Part shown: positions 1 to 8,200 of the stretch, in pieces
How positions within the stretch are numbered: position 1 is the first letter of the stretch
Layout of the letters: each line of letters starts with the position of its first letter
NCBI GenBank assembly: GCA_947629275.1
Contig: CANRDG010000001.1
Location: forward strand, 1-38,730
From: an uncultured Clostridia bacterium
GTDB lineage: Bacteria > Bacillota > Clostridia > Oscillospirales > Ruminococcaceae
DNA length: 38,730 nucleotides
Direction: 5' to 3'
The notes under the pieces: generated by a model
The model's input: the letters and a program-made list of their open reading frames with translations, nothing else
Database searches by the model: none
Told to the model about the DNA's origin: nothing
Made by a program: the position numbers and the translations under genes

Positions 1-134
1 ACGCCCGTTATGTAGTCTATCACCACAAAAGCTATCAGCGCGTACAGCAGCCCGTCGCAGCCGCCGAGAAACCACCCAAGCCAGCCGCCTACAGCCGAGA
101 AAATCAGCTGTATAGTGTTCCATATTTCTTTCAT
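1..134 (-). CDS. Holin, Phage_holin_4_1-like, N-terminal part only (gene continues off the left edge)
   Basis: My own minus-strand translation from ATG 134..132 gives MKEIWNTIQLIFSAVGGWLGWFLGGCDGLLYALIAFVVIDYITG. This is a hydrophobic TM segment with the GG-DG--YAL---V-IDY-TG pattern typical of clostridial phage holins. SD GGGGG lies upstream. Not in the ORF track because it is truncated. Confidence 0.7.
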   Translation of the reverse strand, partial: MKEIWNTIQLIFSAVGGWLGWFLGGCDGLLYALIAFVVIDYITG

Positions 135-175
135 ACGTTTCGCCCCCTATTCTTGCATAATATACGTTGCATAAT

Positions 176-400
176 TTAATCCCCCTCTCTTTTATCGAGA
201 ACAGCATCTACCATGTTGTTAAATTCTGTTCTGTCAGCCCTGTAGGTGGACTTGTTCTGAGCATACAATTCCATGTCAGAAATTGTCTCCGAACAACTTA
301 CTCCGCCGCTTTCGTCAATGTTTGCCGAAAAATATCCTATGACTTTATCTTCCGTCATTGACGACCCTGTGAGATTTACGCTTTTAGATACACTAAGCAT
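176..400 (-). CDS. Hypothetical small phage protein (between tail fibre and holin)
   Basis: 74-aa ORF with SD GGAGGA 8 nt upstream of the ATG. It starts 3 nt after the upstream stop. No recognisable motif. Confidence 0.55.
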   Translation of the reverse strand: MLSVSKSVNLTGSSMTEDKVIGYFSANIDESGGVSCSETISDMELYAQNKSTYRADRTEFNNMVDAVLDKREGD

Positions 401-403
401 TTT

Positions 404-757
404 TTATTCCTCCAATTTTATAAATTCTTCAAGCGCCAGCAGATCAGAAGCGCTTATAGTAACATTATCAGGTAATGCTATCGGTTCATAATCGATTTCT
501 GCTTCTTGCTGCAACAATTCTTCATAGTCGCTGTTAAATGCCGACATCTTACTTTCATCGATATCATAACCTTGTTTGTTTTTCCTGCCGTACTTTTCAC
601 ATAGCTTTATGCGCTCGCTGTCATAGATTTCAAGCTCCGCCTGCACCTTTTTAATCATTTTTGCAAGTGCATAACTTGTTTTTACGGGTAGAGGTTCTGC
701 ACCCAGCCTTTTTAGCGAGGGTGACAAATTTACCAGTCTTGCAATTGTTGTTTTCAT
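404..757 (-). CDS. Hypothetical phage protein; possible tail-fibre accessory protein by position only
   Basis: Start re-set to MKTTIARL. Its ATG overlaps the tail-fibre stop as ATGA (754..757). Acidic C-terminus. The function is a positional guess. Confidence 0.55.
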   Translation of the reverse strand: MKTTIARLVNLSPSLKRLGAEPLPVKTSYALAKMIKKVQAELEIYDSERIKLCEKYGRKNKQGYDIDESKMSAFNSDYEELLQQEAEIDYEPIALPDNVTISASDLLALEEFIKLEE

Positions 758-3700
758 GATGATCTTCCTTTCAATTCTTTTATTTCTGCGGAAAGTTGTT
801 TTAATTTTTCCCAAATAATTGGGATAAATTGTTCATATGCAAGTGTATATATATCTTCGCCGTTTTCGCTTGTGGTAGTAATTATATAATCGTTCTGCCA
901 TGGTATACCGAGTTCTGACAATGCCGCGATCACGTCCTGCGCAACAAAACCAAAGTTTGTTTTGTTTTCAACATCGTCGTTGTATTTAAATGATACTGCC
1001 GAAAGCTTGTCCGGCAAATCAAGCAGCTTTTTTGACAATGGCAATATATCATGCTTAATACGGCTGTCGGAAGAAACCGTTATAGATTTTGCCGATGTGA
1101 TTGCTGTCCCTATAATATGTGTCTTACATAACGATGATGCAACGACTATGCGTTTATCATTATACACATAACCTATAAGACCATATGTCGTTTTGTTTAA
1201 TTCACACCAAAGGTATCTATTGGAAGTTTGATTGTAACCATAGATATATATACTATCGTTTCTTAGCTGAATACATGTTGTATTTTGCCGATTTATATTA
1301 ACAAGCCATGTACTGGTATCGGTGTCTGGTTTCATAGTAGTGAATGATATACCGGCTTCTCTGATTTTTATAATAGAATTATTTCCGCCGCCATAAAGAT
1401 TAGTAGTTTTATCCTTATCCAGAATCAATCCGTTATGTGTAGATGTGTTTATGATTTCTGTTACATCCGCTGTACTCCTGATAGTGAAATAATTATCAGT
1501 AGCAGGAAAAAAGATACCACTATCTTCGCCGGCAGAAATTGAATTCACGCCTTTCAAATCATACCCACCGTTTGCAACATCGTAAAATAGACCTTCATTA
1601 TTAGATTTCCAATACATACTTAGCGGTGTTAAAGTTAATGCGCAAATATTACCAACGCTACTTGTAGCAGTAGGCAATTCTAGCATTGACAACGATATAT
1701 TGCCATTACCTATTGACGTTTTAAATATTTTTGAAGTGTACCCGAATTTAGAAGCTTCGGATGCGGTCTCGAAAGCACCGTTAGAAAGCTGCCACTGAGC
1801 ACCAGCGTATATGCCACCGGGAAATGGTCTGCCTGCGACTGCGGCAGCAGTTTTAAAGTTTGTAGATTGCAAAATACCTGCGGTAACTGTTCCCAAGTTT
1901 GCAGAAATAGCAGAAAGAGACGATATATTAAGCTTGGCAGCAGTAATAGTACTTGCTGCTATTTGTGTAGCTGTAATAGTTCCTGCTGCTATTTTCGCTG
2001 CCGTAACAGCATTTGCAGCGAGCTGATTCGTTCCGACTGCACCTGCTGCGATTTTTGCAGCCGTTATGGCATTTGCCCCAATCCTGTCGGCTGACAACGT
2101 ACCTGTAGTTATTTTCCCGGCATCAAGGTTGGCAATTTTAGCGTTTGTTATAGTTGCATTTGCTATCTTTGCATCTGTTACTGCCAAATTAGCTATCTGT
2201 GCAGTGCCGATACAAGCATCGGCAAATACGCCGCTTGCTGCTGTAAGTGTTTTTGCCGCTAACTTAGCCGCCGTAATAGTACTTGCGACTATGTGATTCG
2301 CTGTAATAGCATTTGCCGCGATTGCCGACGAACCAAACTGTTGTGCTGACCATGTTGTACCATTAAAATAGTACATCTTGTCGCCGTCGTCGGTGTCAAA
2401 CCAAATATCGTTTGCCTTTCTGCCGGTAGTTGCCGGTGCGGCTGCTTGATAAAACACAGTATTCTTGCCGTTTGCAGCTGTAAGAGCGTTTGTAGCTGTT
2501 GTTTGAGCAGATGTAGCTGTTGATTTTGCAGTATCAGCCGTAGATTTGGCAGTATCGGCGGTAGACTTAGCCGTACTTGCTGTGCTGTTCGCCGTATTAA
2601 GCCCATTATCAAGCACAGGTGTAGTTGTAGTTGTACTATTGTCGTCCCATGTGATATAGCTGCGTGTCCATATGTACTTGCCGGAAGTCCACGCAGGGCA
2701 TGAGTCGCTCCACGTCCCACCTGTTTGTGTGGTATTTGAGGAAGACAAATAGTATTGCGGCACAATGGATTTTACGCCCTTTCCTTTCGGACCTGTAGCA
2801 CCTGTAGCACCTGTTGCCCCCTGCGGTCCAGCCGCACCAGTATCCCCTTTTTCGCCCTTATCGCCTTTCGCTCCTGTCGCTCCCGTAGCGCCTTGTGGTC
2901 CTGTTGCGCCAGTAGCTCCCTTAGCACCTGTAATGCATACCGGTGATGTTTCACTGCTTTTACCGTTAGAATATGTAGTAACAGTCTTTGTCCACATATA
3001 TTTGCCGTTTTCCCACGCAGGTACTGTCACACTCCATGTACTGCCCGAAAGTTCAGTAGCGGAAACAGATAAATAATACTGTACTGTTACACCTGTTATT
3101 CCAACGCCTGCCGCTCCTGCTGCACCTGCTGCTCCGACATCACCTTTGTCGCCCTTTTCTCCCTTATCACCTTTGTCGCCTTTAAATTCTCCGCTGTCGG
3201 CACGTCGTTCAAGGTCGTCAACGGTACTTTTTGCTATGCCGGCATCTTCAAAAGCCTGCGCTATCCGTTCATTTATATCCTGTGCCAGTTTATCACCGTC
3301 AATTGCACCTTCTGCTATGGTACTGCCGCCATATGACGTTTGCTGCCATTTCTCACCGTCATAACGATAGATAGCTATTATATTACCGTCGGCATCTGTC
3401 TGAAACCATGTATCATCTTTATACGATAAAGATCTATCGGGTGCATCTGATTGATAAAAATTAGTGTTTTTCCCGTTAGCTGATTTCAAAGCAACCTCTG
3501 AATCTTTCAAAGCAGCCGCAGCATCGTCAAATGCTTTTTGAAGCTGAGCATTCAGTTCTTCGGAAAAAGCATTGCTGTCAAATGCCTGCTTTTCCCAACT
3601 TTTTGTTGCTTCACTGTAAATATATATCGCTCCGCCCTCTAACTCCGAAAACCATATATCGCCGTCAGTTCTTCCTTCAACGGGCGGTGCTTTTTCGCTG

Positions 3701-4866
3701 CGGAATACGGTATTTTTGCCGTTTGCTGCTTCGACAGCTTTTACTGCATTTTGCTGCGCCTGCGAGGCGTTGTGCGCAGCTTGCTCTGCCGCTGCAAAAG
3801 CGCGATTTGTTGGTACATAATAGCTAGTCTGCGATCCACCGTATGAATAGATATAGCATCTGCGGCGGCTATTATAAACGCTCGACATTACTATTATCTT
3901 TCTGTCACCGCCGTATAAGTCGGCTTGCTCATACAAAATACAGTCGCCTGCTTGCAGCGCAAGGTCGCCAAACCATGTTATATTTGCGTTATAGAATGAT
4001 AATTTTTCTACCAACGCTTTTATATTCGAGAGCACTTGACTAATATCAGAACGATCTTTGCTTAAAAAAGGGTTGCCTGTTATATCAATCACATATCCGC
4101 TTTCACCGGAAAGAATATCGTCAAACTTTACGCCGGTAACTGATATAGCTTCGTCCGATACGGAACGGCTTATCGCATTATCTTCATTGATCACCAAATC
4201 TACCGAATCAGAAAAAGCTATAAACTCGAGTTCTCCGGTATCTCTTGTACAGCGGCAAAAACACCCCAACAACTGTGCTATATAAGTGATCATATCACGA
4301 CAGTTATAGGTCATACCCTCTGTTATATTAAGCGTAAAGCTTTTTTCAAGATTAGCAAGACCCGATATATTCTTATGCCTTACTTCACAATAATCACATA
4401 TATAGTCTACAAATTCTGTCAGTGTCTTTGTAGTGCCGTTAAGTGCTTTAGGCACGTCAACGTCAAACTTAATCAAATTATCGTATGCCTTGAAAGCTAT
4501 GCTGTTCTTTTTTCTGCTGACAGAATCCTTTTGGACATTAAATATACCTATAGGTATAGTAACAGTCTGTTCGCCGCTGTCGATGACATACACATACTTT
4601 TTACTAAGATTCACTGTAGCATATTTTAGCAAAAAAGGGTTGTCCAACGCTATAAAAAGTTCAAGTTCTATCTCACCAACATATGTGCCGCCGATATTAA
4701 ACTCATTCGCCATTACCGATTTTTCGGTGAAAGAAAAGGTGTTTTCAAGTATATCGTCAGAAGTAAATGGTATCTTTTCACCGTTGGCAAGCGTAAGTGT
4801 ACCATCTAAGTATTCATCAGCCGCTCCATACGGATCATCTTTATATATTTGTTCAACATTCAACAA
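754..4866 (-). CDS. Mosaic tail fibre / host-specificity protein (1370 aa) with collagen-like segments and a C-terminal S74-type intramolecular chaperone domain
   Basis: TTG start with SD AAAGAGGTG. It follows the TMP and a Dit-position gene. It carries three ANGKNT-F...D-WF...W modules and two Gly-X-Y runs, each followed by a QYYLS...W...P-W--GKY-WT module. It also has an STADTAK heptad tandem and a long I-A-K/ITAAKIAAG repeat shaft. The C-terminus (about 757..1075) reads SDSRIKHDI...NFGFVAQDV...YEQFIPIIWEKLKQL, which resembles peptidase S74 chaperone domains. Confidence 0.85.
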   Translation of the reverse strand: MLNVEQIYKDDPYGAADEYLDGTLTLANGEKIPFTSDDILENTFSFTEKSVMANEFNIGGTYVGEIELELFIALDNPFLLKYATVNLSKKYVYVIDSGEQTVTIPIGIFNVQKDSVSRKKNSIAFKAYDNLIKFDVDVPKALNGTTKTLTEFVDYICDYCEVRHKNISGLANLEKSFTLNITEGMTYNCRDMITYIAQLLGCFCRCTRDTGELEFIAFSDSVDLVINEDNAISRSVSDEAISVTGVKFDDILSGESGYVIDITGNPFLSKDRSDISQVLSNIKALVEKLSFYNANITWFGDLALQAGDCILYEQADLYGGDRKIIVMSSVYNSRRRCYIYSYGGSQTSYYVPTNRAFAAAEQAAHNASQAQQNAVKAVEAANGKNTVFRSEKAPPVEGRTDGDIWFSELEGGAIYIYSEATKSWEKQAFDSNAFSEELNAQLQKAFDDAAAALKDSEVALKSANGKNTNFYQSDAPDRSLSYKDDTWFQTDADGNIIAIYRYDGEKWQQTSYGGSTIAEGAIDGDKLAQDINERIAQAFEDAGIAKSTVDDLERRADSGEFKGDKGDKGEKGDKGDVGAAGAAGAAGVGITGVTVQYYLSVSATELSGSTWSVTVPAWENGKYMWTKTVTTYSNGKSSETSPVCITGAKGATGATGPQGATGATGAKGDKGEKGDTGAAGPQGATGATGATGPKGKGVKSIVPQYYLSSSNTTQTGGTWSDSCPAWTSGKYIWTRSYITWDDNSTTTTTPVLDNGLNTANSTASTAKSTADTAKSTADTAKSTATSAQTTATNALTAANGKNTVFYQAAAPATTGRKANDIWFDTDDGDKMYYFNGTTWSAQQFGSSAIAANAITANHIVASTITAAKLAAKTLTAASGVFADACIGTAQIANLAVTDAKIANATITNAKIANLDAGKITTGTLSADRIGANAITAAKIAAGAVGTNQLAANAVTAAKIAAGTITATQIAASTITAAKLNISSLSAISANLGTVTAGILQSTNFKTAAAVAGRPFPGGIYAGAQWQLSNGAFETASEASKFGYTSKIFKTSIGNGNISLSMLELPTATSSVGNICALTLTPLSMYWKSNNEGLFYDVANGGYDLKGVNSISAGEDSGIFFPATDNYFTIRSTADVTEIINTSTHNGLILDKDKTTNLYGGGNNSIIKIREAGISFTTMKPDTDTSTWLVNINRQNTTCIQLRNDSIYIYGYNQTSNRYLWCELNKTTYGLIGYVYNDKRIVVASSLCKTHIIGTAITSAKSITVSSDSRIKHDILPLSKKLLDLPDKLSAVSFKYNDDVENKTNFGFVAQDVIAALSELGIPWQNDYIITTTSENGEDIYTLAYEQFIPIIWEKLKQLSAEIKELKGRSS
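2507..2590 (-). repeat. About four imperfect copies of a 21-bp tandem repeat inside the tail-fibre gene
   Basis: Units are GCAGATGTAGCTGTTGATTTT / GCAGTATCAGCCGTAGATTTG / GCAGTATCGGCGGTAGACTTA / GCCGTACTTGCTGTGCTGTTC on the + strand. They encode (A/T)STAKST-ADTAKST-ADTAKST. Confidence 0.8.
2776..2928 (-). repeat. Collagen-like Gly-X-Y run 2 (17 triplets) in the tail fibre
   Basis: Encodes GAKGATGATGPQGATGATGAKGDKGEKGDTGAAGPQGATGATGATGPKGKG. The mirror-frame + strand ORFs here are Pro/Ala-rich artefacts. Confidence 0.9.
3100..3180 (-). repeat. Collagen-like Gly-X-Y run 1 (9 triplets) in the tail fibre
   Basis: Encodes GDKGDKGEKGDKGDVGAAGAAGAAGVG. Confidence 0.9.
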
Positions 4867-4883
4867 CTACAAGCACCTCTTTC

Positions 4884-5243
4884 TTAATTCTCAATAAGGT
4901 TACAAACATATTCACACCATGTTTCATCATTATCTTTAGGCAAGATAACTTCGGCAGTAATATCACCTGCATACATTTGTGCCGTAACATATTTACCACT
5001 GGTGACATCATAAAAATATGTAGTAAAACTTTCAGGCTCAAATGCATTTGTAAGTATCGATAATTCTTTTATTTGCAGCTTCCACGTGGTGTATATCTTA
5101 TAAGTTCCCTGTCTTATCCTGTCTCTCTTTAATACTCCGCGTTCATTTCTTGTACTCATTTCACTGTCAAGATCCGATCTCTGTACTTTATATGTGACCG
5201 GCACAGGCAGCCATACATTATTTACCCTGATCCACTTATCCAC
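4884..5243 (-). CDS. Putative distal tail protein (Dit position), unusually short at 119 aa
   Basis: GTG start 2 nt after the TMP stop, with SD AAGGGGGA inside the TMP 3' end. It sits between the TMP and the tail fibre. The call is by synteny only. Confidence 0.45.
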   Translation of the reverse strand: MDKWIRVNNVWLPVPVTYKVQRSDLDSEMSTRNERGVLKRDRIRQGTYKIYTTWKLQIKELSILTNAFEPESFTTYFYDVTSGKYVTAQMYAGDITAEVILPKDNDETWCEYVCNLIEN

Positions 5244-5245
5244 GT

Positions 5246-8200
5246 TTATTCCCCCTTCCCGTTAGATCTTACAATGTTGCTCAGTCTGCGTTTTTCCATT
5301 GTAAACGCGATCTGCTCGGAATCGAGGAATATATAGATATCTCCGGTATCTTCCTGTGATACCATGCCGCCTGTTTCGCTTATTGCGGATCTTACGCCCT
5401 GCCTAATGCTCTCGCTTATCTGTGTATCATTTGCTACAGCTGTTCGGCTGCCGATACGACCTATAAGTTCAGCACCGTTTTCGTTGGCAATAAACATATC
5501 GCCATTTCTAGGTATACCGCCGCTTGCATACGTGCCTATATCAGGTAATGCAGGCGTTTTAAAAATTGGTGTGTCAGGTGCTTTAAGAATAGGTGTGGAC
5601 GACAAATTATTTATAAACAGCGAGCCGCCACCGAAAACGCCTGTGCTAAGTCGGAATCCGGTAGAAAAGAGTTTCGAGAACATATCTTTGAAGCCATCGA
5701 AGAATGATGTTCCGGCTGAACGTCCCGACGACTTAAAGCTTTCAGACGTATTTGTAGGCAGGCTGCCTGCAAGTGTTCTTATAGCACTGCCAATTATGCC
5801 GCCGCCACCCGATATGTTATTTTTTAGCGTAGTTATAAAAGAACTGCCGCTCGAAGAAGCGCTAGAATTGATGTCGGCAAGACTTTGATTTTTCCCCGAC
5901 AAAAACATTGTAGCTATTCCTTCTGCCGCTGATGCCGGACCATTTCTCGTCAACATATTCTTAACGGTAGTAACAAATGAACTGCCGCTTGAATTTGCTG
6001 CTGTCAAGATGCTGAATATACTTTGATCTTTGCCTGCCGTAAACATACTTGATATAGATGCTGCCATTTCAGGCGAACTGCGCCCTACAAGAGAAGTTAT
6101 AGCATTTTTAAACAAGCTGCCAATAATACTGCCGCTGTTGCTTGCAGCAGCATTACAGCTATTCTGAGCAATTGCAAACTGTGATGCAGCCGTCTGCATT
6201 ACAGCCAAGCTCAGTGAGCCGCCAAGCGCTGCCGTCAGACCGCCCGTATAAGCACCGGCAGTACTTTGGGCGTATTTCTCAGCTTGCTGTTTAGCGTAGT
6301 TGTTATAACGCTTTTGCGCTGCTTTATCAAGCGTAGGATCTATTGATTTGCTCTTAAACGCACTATTTGCTCCTGTAATAAACGACAAACCGTATTTCAA
6401 ACCCAAATCAGCAAATGAGTTTGTTCCTGTCATTAGATAAACCATATCGCTCGCAGAGCCTTTTGGCAAAGTAGAATTATTTACCCTTTTTTTAGTTTTA
6501 TTAAAAGAAGCATGAACGTTTTTAAGTACTTCTGCATCTTTTACTCTAAATTCTTCATCTTCGATCTCGTTCAATTGCCAAGTATTACCTAATACATCTT
6601 TATATTCACCACGAGATGTTTGCCATAAGTCGGCGTATCTTCTGTCGCTTTCTGCCGCTGCCTTTCTAGCCTCATCTTCCGCCGCAGATTCAGCTTTTCC
6701 AATCTGGGATGAGATAGAATACAATATACCCCCTGCAACTCTGTCTAATTCTGAAAGAGCAGTGTTTTCTTTCTCGGCAATCAAATTTAAAGTTTCTTCT
6801 AATGGAGCACTATCAACACCAAACGCGTTTGCTTGATTAACAAGCTGTTGAGCAGATTGTTTTTGTATTTTAAAAGTCTCTCTAATATTTTCGTAAGCAG
6901 CACTATATTCTGTTTCAAACTCACTAATTACTCTATCTACCTCATCTTCATTACCTAAATCGTACTTACCACTTTTCATCAGATCGTTAAACAGCCACTT
7001 CATATCGTAGGTGTAATCCTCAGTTGAAGCATTAACAGTGGACATTTTTAAAAGTTCTTCTTCTAATGCTTTCAGTGTGTCGTTATAATCTTTTGTACCC
7101 TTAGATAAAGTACTAAGTTTATCAGTAAGTTCAATTGCTTTCTGCATTGACTTGTCGATCTCATTAAAAAGATTATTCTGAGAAAGATATACTTCGGCAG
7201 AAAGAGCAGAGTTATCAACGTTGTATTTCAACCCGTCAAAGCTCATGTTTATACCGTCGATAATTGTTTGCGTTTCTTTCTCGATAATGAGTTTGGTATC
7301 TTTATAAAGCTGTTCAATTTTAGATTTTAACTCTGTAAAATCAACTTGATCAGTCATTTCGGGCGTGAATTTCAATTTGTTGAAAGTGCTTTGAATATCG
7401 TTTGCGGTAATATCTATGTCATTTTGAATACTATCTATTTCGCACGACAATGTGCTGAAATGGCTGATATACTCATCAAAGCTGCTAGTATAGTTTTTAA
7501 ATGCAGCTACAGCTTTTTCAAGCGGTACACCTGTGTGGTCAAAAAGATATGCTACACGATAATACTGCTGTTCCGCTTTGTCTGCTTCTTCTTTTGCTTT
7601 TTTACACTCAACCGCAAGCGAACCTATCATACCTACAAATCCGCCTACAGCAGTCACTGCCGCGCCGATAGGTCCGGTAGCAGCAAATGCAACGCCAATA
7701 GCACCTGCATAACCGGTCAAATCTAATATTGCGCTTTTTGCTGTCAATGTCTCATTTGCAATATGTCTGCCAAAATCTATGCCGACAAGCGTTGAAAATG
7801 CCGTTGTTATCGCCGCAAGCTTGATCTTATTTAATTTTTGAGTATATTTTTCAGCATCTTTTGCACTGTCAGATACTTTATTAAAGCTTTTAAATAGACC
7901 TACTAAGCCGTCTGCGTATGTAGACAGCTTTTTAACCGTCCATATCGAGGCAAGCAGTTCACCAATAATAATGATCAATTCTTTGTTTTCGCTCAAAAAA
8001 TCCTTAATGTTTTTAAGCTTGTCAATAAAATCGAGAGCCTTGTTCTTAATGCTCTTATACAAACGGTCAGTGTTGCTGTCAAGACCTGCGAGAAAATCAT
8101 ATTCGGGCAGATCAATGCCGAGGTCATAGCCGCCGCCTGCTTGACTGCTTCCAACACCTGATGATGTATCCGGAGATTGAAGTATATTAAGCTCGTCAAA

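Noticed and set aside
2755-3364. Pro/Ala/Ser-rich + strand ORFs (63, 103 and 72 aa), and the minus-strand off-frame ORFs at 2289..2954
   Set aside because: These are mirror or shifted readings of the collagen-like GGN-NNN-NNN DNA inside the tail-fibre gene. They have no SD and no independent support.
754-4866. Diversity-generating retroelement targeting the tail fibre
   Set aside because: There is no reverse transcriptase anywhere in the window. The internally duplicated modules differ at all four bases and at the protein level, not in the adenine-specific TR/VR pattern.
5364-5888. 174-aa + strand ORF inside the tape-measure gene, and similar antisense ORFs at 7346..7726, 8750..9046 and 9306..9590
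   Set aside because: They are antisense to a well-supported 1482-aa gene. They are hydrophobic or low-complexity and have no ribosome-binding sites.
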